The translations under genes were made by a program, and so were the position numbers. Shown piece after piece: positions 1 through 11,673 of a stretch of DNA of 64,000 bases (position 1 is the first letter of the stretch; each line of letters starts with the position of its first letter). The DNA comes from Prorocentrum cordatum (Eukaryota), in assembly GCA_963575745.1 (NCBI GenBank), contig CAUYUJ010000325.1, positions 1-64,000 of the forward strand, in the 5' to 3' direction. The notes below the pieces were generated by a model. It did no database searches. It was given only the letters and a program-made list of their open reading frames with translations, and was not told where the DNA came from.

Positions 1-97
1 AGGAGTAGGAGTAGGAGTAGGAGTAGGAGTAGGAGTAGGAGTAGGAGTAGGCGTAGGAGGAGGAGGAGGAGGAGGAGGAGGAGGAGGAGGAGGAGGG
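1..97. repeat. (AGGAGT)n grading into (AGG)n microsatellite
   Basis: Directly visible tandem hexamer then trimer. Confidence 0.95.
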
Positions 98-574
98 GGG
101 CCTCTCGCCAAAGTATGTCCGGGGCTACCCTGACTCCAGATCCGTCGTACGTTGGTTGATTATCCGACTGAAGAGTGCGTCGGAAATGCAGCCCCGAGGA
201 CGCGACAAAAAGAGAAATCCCCGCCTCAATACACGGGGGAGAATCTGTTCGCACAAACATGGAGGAAACAGCGACGGCAAAATAAGGTGGAGTATCGACA
301 TCAGAAGAGCTTGACAAGCAGGGCAAACGTTCCCATCCTACCCGCAAAATCGTCCAACCTCTTCCTCCTCCCCCTCCTGGTGTTTTTTTTCGGGTCGCCT
401 CGGGCCTATGGCGGCTTTTCGGGGCGATCCAAGCACCCGGGAACGCTCTCGACGAGGCGCAGCTGCTGGAGCGCCTCCCGAACAACGCCCGATCGCCTCC
501 GCAAACAGACGCGAGCTCGCCCAGCACGAAAACCTCCGAAAACCAACATACGAATCCAAGAGCGGGGCGGGCCC

Positions 575-1335
575 CCACCCCCTCCGCCTCCGCCCCCACC
601 TCCTCCGGCTCCTCCTCCTCCGCTTCCAGCTCCACCTCCTCCTCCTCCTCCTCCTCCACCTCCGCCTCCTCCTCCGCCTCCTCCTCCTCCTCCTCTCCTC
701 CTTTTCCTCTTCCGCCGCCTCCCCTCTCCTCCGTCCGCCTCCGCGCCTCCTCCTCCTCCTCCTCCTCCTACCCCTCCTCCTCCTCCTCCTCCTCCCTCCT
801 CCTCCATCCTCTGCATCCTCCTTCCACCGCCCCCTCCTCCTGTCTCCCTCCACCTCCTCCTCTCCTCCTCCTCCTCCCCCCTTCCCTCCTTGGGCGCGCG
901 CGTCTCCGCCCTCCTCCACTCCCTGAGGCGCGCGTCTCCTTCCTCCCTCCTCCACCTCGTCCGTCCTCCTCCTCCACCTCCTCCCTCCCGCTCCTCCTCC
1001 CCTCGTCCTCCTCTCTCCACTCCCATCATCATCATCCTCCTTTCCCCCCTCAGTTCTCTCGCCTTCATTCCTCGCCCACTTCCTACGTGTGCCTCTCGCC
1101 TCATCGTCTCCGCCTCCCTTCTCATCCTCTTCTCTGGAAAAAACTTCCGACGGTGTTTGTTGGTACCTTAAGTTCCAAATCCGAACTTCTATCCTCCTCC
1201 TCCTGCCCCCTCCCTCCTCCTCCTCCTCCTCGCCTCCTCCTCCATCCCACGCCCTCCCCTCCCTCCCCTTCACCCCCTCCTCCTCCTCCCCCCCCCCCTC
1301 CTCCTCCTCCTCCTCCTCCTCCTCCTCCTCCTCCG
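575..1335. repeat. Degenerate (CCT)n low-complexity tract, probably intronic
   Basis: CCT/CCC runs. It starts right after a GC donor at 1341 on the minus strand and produces the poly-P/S/E/G ORFs. Confidence 0.9.
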
Positions 1336-1341
1336 CGTCGC

Positions 1342-2774
1342 CTTCGCCGTCGAGCGGAGCGAGTAACCCACGACGCCGATCATGAAAGGAGCAACCCACG
1401 TATCGCCCCACAGCTTATCCGGGCATGGCACCGCATCAAACTCGACATCGTCGAGCGCGTCGATCACCTTCTGCGAGCACGTCAGCATCTTCATGTTGCC
1501 GCCCTTCGTCTTCTTCGCCAAGTTGGCCTGGACCTCCTTGTGCTTGTCGTCCACCGCGCCCTGGAAGATCGCGACGAGCTCCCGCAGCTTCGCGTGCACC
1601 TTGCCGCTCCGGAAGAGTACGGGGTCTGCCATGTTCTCCGCCGTCCAATCGGTGTCCGGGTCGATGCACTCCGCCGGGAAGTTGTCGAACTTCTTCTCAT
1701 CGACGCTCTTGACCACGTTAGCGAGATGCTTCGTCGTATTCGGCGGCACTGCGGCGGCACTAAAGTTTTTCCCGAACTTCCCCATCTTGTATCGGTCCTT
1801 GGCAGCATCAGACAGCTTCCTCTTCTTGGCTTCCTGGATGGCCGTATCGGCTAAGCTCTTCATGTCCGTGAAGGTGACGTTGAGCATCTGCGCGGCCTGG
1901 AGATCATCGTTCGTTTTCTGCTTCGCCCCCGCGTACGAGTCGACGGTGAAATCCCTGCCCTCGAGCGCGGTCAGGTTCTCGATGGCAGCTTGCACCGTGA
2001 TCCTGGCACTCTGCTCGCGATCGTCGAAGTTGACCCTCGCGAGAAACTCTGGCGCAAACTCCTCCAGCTTGGCCTTCATCGCCCGCACCTTCCCCCACGA
2101 GCCCGTCTTGGGCATCTGCCCCAGCGCGAGCTCGCGGCCGCCGATCAGATCCTGCAGCACGGACTTGAAGGCTTCCCTCGCCTGAGTCATCTCCTTCATG
2201 GTGGCTGCGAATCCCGGCGCCGCCGCAGGCTGCGCGCCGCGAGGGGCCGCTGGGACCCCTGGGCCAGTCCCCGGGACTGCTGGGATGCCCAGGGCCGCCC
2301 CGTCAGCGGCCATGGGAGGAGTGGCCGCCCCCCCACAAGGAGTGGCCGTCCCCAGCACATTGAACGCACCGCCGTCGCCGAAGAACGCGGTGTCCGCGCT
2401 GCCGTTGCCGAAGCTGAAAACACTCATGCCATCTCCTGAGCCGCGGGAGCCGCTAGCCGCCGCGCGCCCGCTGCCGTGCAAGCCATGGCCAGCATCGGCG
2501 ATGAACTTGTCCTCCACGGAGGTCCTGCTCTTGACCCGGCGCTCTGCCCGGGGAACCCCGCCAGGGGCAACACTCTGCGATCTCTTCAGGAGAGTCTCCT
2601 TCTTGTGCCCGCTCCTGACACGATAGCGCTTGAACTCGGCGACGGCCACGGTGTCGCGATCTCTCGAGTCCTTCTCGCGGTGCACGCTGGGGTCGTTCCA
2701 CGCCTGCTCCCACTCCTCCGAGGCTTCGTCGGAGTCGCACCCTTCAAAGAGCTTCATGCGGGCTTTGAAAGCTC
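1342..2774 (-). CDS. Large exon of an uncharacterised protein (AFKARMKLFEGCDSDEASEEWEQAWNDP...YSLRSTAK); the gene continues leftwards
   Basis: Non-repetitive part of the 495-aa ORF with GC-rich third codon positions. Candidate acceptor GAAG|GAGC at 2775/2774 and donor AAG|GCG at 1342/1341. Confidence 0.8.
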
Positions 2775-3989
2775 CTTCGGGGTCGCTGGGGAGGGGACTG
2801 GGAGGATTTAGGGCGTGCCCCCCTCACGTTTTACTTACTCCTCCTCCTCCTCCTCCTCCTCCTCCTCCTCCTCCTCCCCCTCCCCCTCCTCCTCCCCCTT
2901 CAGTAAGGGGGCCCAAAACTTGAGGGGGGCACGGCACAGGGGAAGATGAGGAGAGGGAGAACGAGGAGGAGGAGGAGGAGGAGGATGATGATGATGATGA
3001 TGAAGCGCCTTGAAAGGTCGGTTCTCCCAAAACACAAACCTGAGAAGCCACCAATACGCCAAATGCGCACGGTAGAGAAAGAGGGAGGCGAGAGGAGAGG
3101 CGGAAGGAAGATGAAGCAGAGGAGAGGTGAAGCCCAGCCCAGGATTGAAACCCATGATACTGAAAGAAATCATGAATGATAGATTGTCCGATGTCCCAAA
3201 TGAATCCCACCACAAGGTCTCTCTTGCTTTGAATGAAGAAGAGAAAAATGAGAAACGTAATGCAAGATAAAGGAGTATGCTCAAATTGATCAACAATCTT
3301 GAGTGGCTTGAGTAGCTCTTGAAGCCAATCTTGGGGGCATACGGTCCCAAGGTCTGAAGTAAACAAGAAGTAAAGAAATCTTTCATTGAGTCCCATGAAA
3401 CCCATTGAACATAAGTAGCAACCAAGACGGATATATGTACTGAACGAAAGTCTAAAATAGAAACTGACTGTCCCAAGCACGCAATGAACCCAGAAGATAC
3501 GGAGGCATACAAGATGGAATGTCAAAGCCGAGTGAGAACTCAACCGTGACAACCCACCCCAGGCATATCAAGACCAATGGAGTAAGGTTGAATTCAAACA
3601 AGTATGGAGGGCGCAAGATGGATCTGTTTATAACCTCTTGTATTTTGCCAACCAACAACGTTGAAGAACATGCATAGGAGATTGAGGGATACTGGGAGTC
3701 CTCCAAAAAAAACAAAAAAAAAAAAAAACACTAAAAAATAGACGCCAAGAATACACACAAAGCCGCAAAAACGAGGGCCCATGCACCGCAGACGCCAGGG
3801 GATTCAGTCTGTCGGAGTCCCAGGAATTGCATTCACGGGTACTTCCAGCGCCACTTTTCCACAAAGAAGTCTCCGTCCCACCAGTAGTCAGATAGGCACC
3901 ATACCACTGGGTGAGGCCAGCCCGATTCGGGGTCGAACCACGTGTCATAGTACTCCGTATACCAGACTTTGGTGTAGACTTTTTTTTTT

Positions 3990-4405
3990 CTCCCGGAAAG
4001 GCGCGGGCCCAGGTCTTTCTCTTTTAGTTGGATAAACCAATCCCCCAGGTGGCCAAACGTGAAGGAACGCGGCGGACTTTTTTCCCTGACAATATCCGAG
4101 GTCGAAGGGGCCCGGCGGATTTAAATTATGAAGGAATGTCTCGAAGCGAAACGCTTTGTTCTTGAAAGTCCCGATCGGAAAATCACAGGGTGCGCGGCCT
4201 CTTTTTCTGTGTTAAGGATTCCTCTGCTCGAGCGAAACGCTTGCTCCGCAGAGTTTGCCGAGGATGTCTCGAGCGAAACGCTTGTTTTGCAGAGCCGACC
4301 GCGACGCGGAAAAGCGCCCCGCGCGAAGGAATTTCGATGATGTCTCGACTAATTCCTTTGTTTTTTGTACGATTTCCTGGAATTTTGGCAGGATGTCTCG
4401 AGCGA
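3990..4405 (+). repeat. Dispersed repeat module A, copy 1 (internal GGATGTCTCGAGCGAAACGCTT subrepeats)
   Basis: Aligns by eye with 7240-7520. Confidence 0.85.
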
Positions 4406-4409
4406 AATG

Positions 4410-5067
4410 CACGACCCCACCCTAGCACGACCATACCCCAGCACGACCACACCCCAGCACGACCAGACCCCAGCACGACCCCACCCCAGCACGACCCCAC
4501 CCCAGCACGACCATACCCCAGCACGACCACACCCCAGCACGACCCGACCCCAGCACGACCCAACCCCAGCAAGACCACACCCCAGCACGACCACACCCCA
4601 GCACGACCTCACCACAGCACGACCACACCCCAGCACGACCACGCCCCAGCACGACCACGCCCCAGCACGACCACGCCCCAGCACGACCACCCGCCAGCAC
4701 GACCACCCCCCCAGCACGACCACCCCCCAGCACGACCACCCCCCAGCACGACCACCACCCCAGCACGACCCCCACACCCCCAGCACGACCACACCCAGAC
4801 CACACCCATCGACCCCCGTGGAATGTTTCGTGGCGTGTCTGGTTGAGTGGTTGCCTGTTCGTGGGGTGTCTCGTGGAATGTTTCAACGGGTGTCTCGTGG
4901 AATGTTTCGTGAGGTGTCTCGTGGAATGTTTCGTGAGGTGTCTCGTGGGATGTTTCGCGGGGTGTCTCGTGGGATGTTTCGTGAGATGTCGCCCAGTTGG
5001 GTATCGTGAAAACGTGACCATGCTGCACATGTCTTTATCCCTTTCCGGGTTCGTGGGTCCATCATGT
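4410..5067 (+). repeat. Composite minisatellite copy 1: (CCCCAGCACGACCACA)n 16-mer, then 24-mer (TCGTGGAATGTTTCGTGAGGTGTC)n, then a conserved ~80-bp tail
   Basis: Both tandem units are visible; the same order and tail (GCCCAGTTGGGTATCGTGAAAACGTG...GGGTCCATCATGT) recur at 9268-10084. Confidence 0.95.
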
Positions 5068-6028
5068 CCTCTTCACAGTAGTTCCACATTCCTCCTGAGC
5101 CGTGTGTCCACTTGAGACGCTTCTTGGCGGCTAGCTTGACTGGAAGGCTGCGTTTGGCCACCCCCTGGAATTGGATATGGATGTGGATGTTCCCCAGCCG
5201 TCTCGGACGAGAGTTCCCGTCAGCATTTGAGGCGAAACGGCTACTGACCAGCAGCCAGTTCTTTCCAAGGAACTCTCCGAACCCTTTCGTCGGGACCCCG
5301 AACGTTGACATACAGTCCCTTAAAGCCGCTGTCCCGACAAGCTTTGAAAAGCGGGATTTTGCACCAGTCATAAGTGAAATGAGGACCACCAAGGTCCGAT
5401 GGTACAAGAAACCGAGCTGGCAACTTGACCACCCTTTGGAATAGCAGCGTAGAGCAGTATGAGAGTGCCTCAAGATCTTGTTTAGACAGGAAGCAGACTT
5501 TGCGTTTAGACCTGCAAAGCTTCCCCTGAAAGATAACGTGAGGGTCCGATGCCTTGGGAAGTAGCATACTGAAAGCTTGAGCCCGAGGCTGCAGGAGCCG
5601 ACAGGAGGCAAGGGAAGGGGAGGGGGCCACCCCCCCAGACCCCAGGAGAGGAGAACAGACTCGAGTCCCAGAACACGGAGGCATCCTGAGGAAGGATGGA
5701 TTGTTGCGAAGCCACGGTGTCCCTAAGATCGCATGGACCAGGCGGGTCCCAGATAGAATCGCACAAGTGACATCTCCTGGTGTCAGCCAATCCCCTAGGT
5801 GGGAGGCAAAGAGAGGAGAGGAGGACACAAATAGGTCTCGATACAGACCCAAATGCAAATTCCGTGGGGCGTCAAATACCCCGCTCCATTAGAGGAGGAG
5901 GAGGAGGAGGAGGAGGAGGAGGGGGGAGCGAGGAGGGAGGAGGGAGGAGGGGGTAGGGAGGGAGAGGAAGGAGGAGGGAAGAGGGAGGGAGGGGGATACC
6001 TACGACAATTTGTTCTACACCCACGGTC

Positions 6029-6635
6029 GTTTATGCAGCATGACGACGCCGTCCTGCTTGTAAGACTCCGCGAAGCTGCTCGCCTGTTCGATGAGATTGA
6101 CCGCTAAGTCCTGGTGCTCAGGGCCCCTGCGCTCCTGCTCCTTGACGACGAGGTGCAGCACGAGCCTGGGCCACTGCGCCTTGTTCCTTTCCTTGAGAAG
6201 CTTGAGCGCCTGCTGAGCCGTCGTGACCTTCTCACCAGCGTGCTTGCTCGCCATCTTGTCCTGGCGATCGGCCTGCTGATCGAGGTATTTGGCAGCCGAC
6301 TTGCAGGGCTTGTGAAAGAGAGTTGGAGCAGCGGGGTTGCCGACTTCGACCCTGTTGTCAGCCTCCGTGGGGAAGTTGCACACGAAGCATGGGTCGATGA
6401 CGCTGTCGACCTCCATCTCGACCAAGTCGCCCTGCTGGTCCAAGGACAACTGCTTCACTGGGCCAGAAGGTTCCTGCTCCTCGCCTTTGCCCTGGCGACG
6501 GCGGCGGCCGCCGGGGCGGGCGCGGCGGGCGGCGCCGCGGCCGGCCCTGCCGCTGCCGCCGCCAGCGGCGCCGGCATGGGGCGCGGCCGCCTCCTCCTCG
6601 CTCTCCAACACCGGCGAGCTGGGCGCGGCCGCCAT
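6029..6635 (-). CDS. Upstream exon of the same uncharacterised protein, with a CFVC..FHKPC putative zinc-binding motif
   Basis: 206-aa ORF starting MAAAP with coding-like composition. Joining 6029 to 2774 gives an in-frame VVMLHKR-AFKARMKL through a GA-AG intron; the donor position is inferred. Confidence 0.7.
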
Positions 6636-6967
6636 GACCAGCGGCGGCGATGCGAGATGGAGCCTGATTTTCTTCGGATTCGGGCAAGTTCACTTGCATG
6701 GATGGGGGGGGGGCTGGGTCTGAAGCAAGCCGAAAACAATTCGACGCGCGGAAAACACGCAAGTCGAAAGGCACCTGCGCACTCGCGTTCGATTGAAGAG
6801 GGGCGGCGGGGGCGGGGGGGGGTGCGAACGCCATGCAAGTAAGCTTGCCTGGATATGAAGAAAAACAAGCTCATGCTGGAAGGCCGCGCGACAGGCAGCT
6901 CGGCCCAGCTCGACGCAGTATTGCGCCTGATGAGGACGAGGAAAGAGAGGCCTAGAGAGGACGAGGA

Positions 6968-7210
6968 GGCGCCCCCTCCGAGACTAAGGTTGCCCTTGCG
7001 CCTCGCGGCGCGCGAAGTGCCCGGGGTCTCAGAGCTCAAACCAAGGGCTCCCAAATTCGCGCTTCGCCCTCCGCGAAGCGCGATTAACTTCGCACTCCCG
7101 CGCCGAACCCAAGGAATAGGAGGAGGGCGAAGAGGAGGCGGAGCCGAACCGCGAAGCGCGAAGCGCGAATAATAACTTCGCACCCTCGGGGAGGGAACGA
7201 GAGGGGGGGG
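6968..7210 (+). repeat. Dispersed repeat module B, copy 1
   Basis: CTCAGAGCTCAAACCAAGGGCTCCCAAATTCGCG...CCCAAGGAATAGGAGGAGGGCG is shared with two tandem copies at 10092-10690. Confidence 0.9.
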
Positions 7211-7239
7211 CGGAAGGCAGCGGAGAGAAAGAGCAGTTT

Positions 7240-7520
7240 TTTCCCGGAAAGGGCGCGGGCCCAGGGTTCTCTTTTAGTATGTAAACATGCCCCCGGTGCC
7301 CAACTTGAAGGAGGCCGGCGAATTTTTTCCCTGATAAATATCGAGGTCGAAGGAGGCCGGCGGATTAAAATTCGAGGATGTCTCAGGCGAAACGCTTGTT
7401 TTTGAAATCCCGATCGATAAATCACAGGGCGCGGGCCACTTTTTCGTGCGTTGAGGATGTCTCGAGCGAAACGCTTGCTCCGCAGAGTTTTCCGAGGATG
7501 TCTCGAGCAAAAAGCTTGTT
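7240..7520 (+). repeat. Dispersed repeat module A, copy 2
   Basis: TTCCCGGAAAGGGCGCGGGCCCAGG start and internal subrepeats are shared with 3990-4405. Confidence 0.85.
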
Positions 7521-7583
7521 TTGTTACGTATGTGCCTATAGATTCGCCCTCTCCAGGGGGACGAATCCGCGTGTGTTTACGCA

Positions 7584-7800
7584 ATGAAAACACGTGGGCC
7601 CATTTCGCCCCAGAGTGGAACAAGCGTGAAAACACGTGGGTCCCTTTCGCCCCTGAGCGGAACAAGCGTGAAAATACGTGGGTTCCTTTCGCCTCAGAGC
7701 GGAACAAGCGTGAAAACACGTGGGCCCCTTTCGCCCCTGAGCGGAACAAGCGTGAAAACTCGCCCCCGAGCGGGGCAAGCGTGAAAACACGCGGGTCCCT
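7584..7800. repeat. 42-bp tandem repeat, about 5 copies
   Basis: Unit GAAAACACGTGGGTCCCTTTCGCCCCTGAGCGGAACAAGCGT; it appears as a 14-aa period in the ORF track. Confidence 0.95.
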
Positions 7801-8109
7801 TGTGATGCCGCCCCCCCCTTCAAAAAAACAGCTAAAATCATCCTCCTCCTCCTCCTCCTCCTCCTCCTCCTCCTCCTCCTCCTCCTCCTCTTTTTATTCC
7901 TCCCCCTCCTCCTCCTCATCCTCCTCCTCCTCCTCCTCCTCCCGCTCCCCCCCCTTCCGCTACGGTCGTCTCCTCATCCTCCCCTCGCTCCCGCCGCTCG
8001 TCTGCCGCCTCTTCCTTGCACTTATCTCCTGCGAATGCCCCTCCTACCATGTTCCTCGGCATCCTCGTCTCGATTTCTCCTCGTCCGCGAACTCTTCTTG
8101 TTCTCCTCT

Positions 8110-9145
8110 TCCAGACCCGATTCGCTGGCCAAAATCAGCCGTCAAGATTTTCAAAAATATCGACGGCCGTTTCCCCCCCCTCTCTTTTGGGAGTGAGCGG
8201 GGAAGGCACGATTACAGGATAAACCAACCTCTTCCAAGCCCGATTCGGTGGCCAACGTCAGGCGTCAATATTTTCAAAAATATTGACGGCCGTTTTCCCC
8301 CTCTCTTTTGGGAGTGAGCGGGGAAGGCACGATTACAGGATAAACCAACCTCTTCCAAGCCCCATTCGGTGGCCAAAATCAGGCGTCAATATTTGCAAAA
8401 AAAAAATATTGACGGCCGTTTTTCCCCTCTCTTTTGGGAGTGAGCTGGGAAGGCGCGATTACATGATAAACCAACCTCTTCCAAACCCGATTCGGTGGCC
8501 AACATCAGGCGTCAATATTTTCAAAAATATTGACGGCCGTTTTCCCCCCTCTTTTGGGAGTGAGCGGGGAAGGCACGATTACAGGATAAACCAACTTCTT
8601 CCGAAACCGATTCGGTGGCCAAAATCAGGCGTCAATGTTTTCAAAAATATTGACGGCAGTTTTTCCCCTCCCTTTCGGGAGTGAGCTGGGAAGGCACGAT
8701 TACAGGATAAACCAACCTCTTCCAAACCCGATTCGGTGGCCAAAATCAGGCGTCAATGTTTTCAAAAATATTGACGGCCGTTTTCCCCTCTCTTTTGGGA
8801 GTGAGCTGGGAAGGCGCGATTACAGGATAAACCAACCTCTTCCAAACCCGATTCGGTGGCCAAAATCAGGCGTCAATATTTTCAAAAATATTGACGGCCG
8901 TGTTTCCCCTCTCTTTTGGGAGTGATCTGGGAAGGCACGATTACAGGATAAACCAACCTCTTCCAAACCCCATTCGGTGGCCAAAATCAGGCGTCAATAT
9001 TTTCAAAAATATTGACGGTCGTTTTTCCCCTCTCTTTTGGGAGCGAGCTGGGAAGGCACGATTACAGGATACACCAACCTCTCCCAAACCCGATTCGTTG
9101 GCCAAAATCAGGCGTCAATATTTTCAAAAATATTGTCGCCCGATT
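8110..9145. repeat. ~120-bp tandem array (about 9 units), each unit with a CGTCAATATTTT-c-AAAAATATTGACG palindrome
   Basis: The palindrome recurs near 8140, 8263, 8383, 8510, 8630, 8751, 8871, 8993 and 9113. Confidence 0.95.
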
Positions 9146-9267
9146 TTTGCATGTCTGGGGAGTGTGCCAGGACCTCACGAACTAAGGAACAACAACAACG
9201 TCCCCCCCCCCTCTCTCTCTCATCCTTGCTCCTTGATCCTCTCTCAGGGTGCAATGCCCAGATTCAA

Positions 9268-10084
9268 ACACGACCACGCCCCAGCACGACCACACCCCAG
9301 CACCAGCACGACCACACCCCAGCACGACCCGATCGATAAATCACCAGGGCGCGGACCACCCCAGCACGACCACACCCCAGCACGACCCCACCCCAGCACG
9401 ACCCCACCCCAGCACGACCACGCCCCAGCACGACCACACCCCAGCACGACCACACCCCAGCACGACCACACCCCAGCACGACACCACCCCAGCACGACCC
9501 CACCCCAGCACGACCACGCCCCAGCACGACCACGCCCCAGCACGACCACGCCCCAGCACGACCACCCCCCAGCACGACCACCCCCCAAGCACGACCACAC
9601 CCCAGCACGACCACACCCCAGCACGACCACACCCCAGCACGACCCCACCCCAGCAAGACCACACCCCAGCACGACCACACCCCAGCACGACCTCACCACA
9701 ACACGACCACACCCCAGCACGACCACGCCCCAGCACGACCACGCCCCAGCACGACCACGCCCCAGCACGACCACGCCCCAGCACGACCACGCCCCAGCAC
9801 GACCACGCCCCAGCACGACCACGCCCAAGCACGACCACGCCCCAGCACGACCACCCCCCAGCACGACTACCCGCCTCGTGGGGTGTTACGTGGAATGTTT
9901 CGTGGGGTGTCTCGTGGAATGTTTCGTGAGGTGTCTCGTGGAATGTTTCGTGAGGTGTCTCGTGGGATGTTTCGTGAAGTGTCTCGTGGGATGTTTCGCG
10001 AGGTGTTGCCCAGTTGGGTATCGTGAAAACGTGTCCATGCTCCACATGTCTATATCCCTTTCCGGGTTCGTGGGTCCATCATGT
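9268..10084 (+). repeat. Composite minisatellite copy 2 (16-mer array, 24-mer array, tail)
   Basis: Same modules and order as 4410-5067. Confidence 0.95.
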
Positions 10085-10091
10085 TGTCCGA

Positions 10092-10690
10092 AGCCCCTTG
10101 CCCTGGCGGGCGGGGCCATTGAGAGGAGAGGGGAGATCGCGTTTGGGCGCCCTTCCAAAACTAAGGTTGTCCTTGCACCTCGCCGCGCGCGAGGTGCCCA
10201 TGGGGCTCAGAGCTCAAACCAAGGGCTCCCAAATTCGCGCTGCGCGCTCCGCGAAGCGCGAATAACTTCGCACCCCCGCGCCGAACCCAAGGAATAGGAG
10301 GAGGGCGAGAAAGGGGCGGAGCCGAACCGCGAAGCGCGAAGCGCGAATAACTTCGCGCCCTCGGGGGAGGAACGGGAGGGGGATGTGGGAGGTATAAGAA
10401 AAAAACGCTTCCTGTCCGCAGCCCCTTGCCGTGGCGGGCGGGGCCATTGGGAGAAACGGGGAGATCGCGTCCGGGCGCCCTTCCGAAACTTAAGGTTGTC
10501 CCTGCGCCTTGCCGTGCGCGAAGTGCCCGGGGGCTCAGAGCTCAAACCAGGGGCTCCCAAGTTCGCGCTGCGCGCTCCGCGAAGCGCGAATAACTTCGCA
10601 CTCCCGCGCCGGACCCAAGGAATAGGAGGAGGGCGAGGGGGGGGCGGAGCCGAACCGCGACGCGCGAAAAACTTCATGCCCTCGGGGGAG
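10092..10690 (+). repeat. Dispersed repeat module B, two tandem copies (~330-bp period)
   Basis: 10092-10390 and 10420-10690 match each other and 6968-7210. Confidence 0.9.
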
Positions 10691-11084
10691 CCCTTATCAG
10701 AAGAAACCTCAACAGCAAAGGCCACGAGAAATGCGCGTTCGGGTTCCTCGGCGATGCCTGGCTGATGGAACTGGCCCGATAATCGGAACTCGCCTCCGAC
10801 CCCGCCCCCTGCCGGGCGGGCGGCGCTCGAGGCGGGGGGCCGACGGCGAGCGGTAACGCTGCGACGAGCGGCAGCCTCGCGGACCTCATCCGGCGGGCCA
10901 GGGGGCCCTGAGGAGGAGGAGGGGGAGGGAAGAGGAGGAGGAGGGGGGGGAGGAGGGGGGGGAGGCGGAGGAGGAGGAGGGGGAGCAACTCGACCTCGAG
11001 GCAATGTCATGCGTCTGGAAGCTGGTAGTGTATAGGAAAAGTGCGCACGTGCCTGGGCTGTTTTAGGGCTGTTTAGTAGTAGCA

Positions 11085-11085
11085 C

Positions 11086-11142
<57 letters not shown>

Positions 11143-11149
11143 CAGTAGC

Positions 11150-11181
<32 letters not shown>

Positions 11182-11206
11182 ATGTAGTAGATGTAATAGT
11201 ACTAGT

Positions 11207-11238
<32 letters not shown>

Positions 11239-11315
11239 TAGTAGTAGTAGTAGTAGTAATAGTAGTAGTAGTAGTAGTAGTATTTAGTAGTAGTAGTAGT
11301 AGTAGTAGTAGTAGG

Positions 11316-11381
<66 letters not shown>

Positions 11382-11414
11382 TGTTGTAGTAGTAGTAGTA
11401 GTAGTAGTAGTATT

Positions 11415-11449
<35 letters not shown>

Positions 11450-11529
11450 ATTGTAGTAGTAGTAGTAGTAGTAGTCGTAGTCGTAGTCGTAGTCGTAGTC
11501 GTAGTCGTAGTCGTAGTCGTAGTCGTAGT
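11085..11529. repeat. (TAG)n / (TAGTCG)n microsatellite
   Basis: Directly visible. Confidence 0.97.
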
Positions 11530-11673
11530 GACGCTCTCCTTGCCTCCGCCCTCAGCCTCTGCGCGCCATCCCTGAGAGGCATCCTATGTTATCATCTCGG
11601 CGCGCGCCCTGCTCCCCCAGAGCGCAGTTGTCTAATCTGCAATGGACATGCGCCCGCTACGCATTGCGGCCGC

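Noticed and set aside
1..60. Telomeric repeat
   Set aside because: AGGAGT is not TTTAGGG/TTAGGG and it grades into an ordinary AGG microsatellite.
152..1411. Long poly-P/S/E/G/R ORFs here and throughout the window
   Set aside because: They are open in several frames on both strands because (CCT/GGA)n lacks stops; there is no domain content.
4410..4805. Mucin-like or repetitive protein from the 16-mer array
   Set aside because: The unit length is not a multiple of 3, and the same peptide cycles through all frames.
8110..9145. CRISPR array (palindromic repeats at regular spacing)
   Set aside because: The intervening sequence is also repeated, so there are no unique spacers; no cas genes; eukaryotic context.
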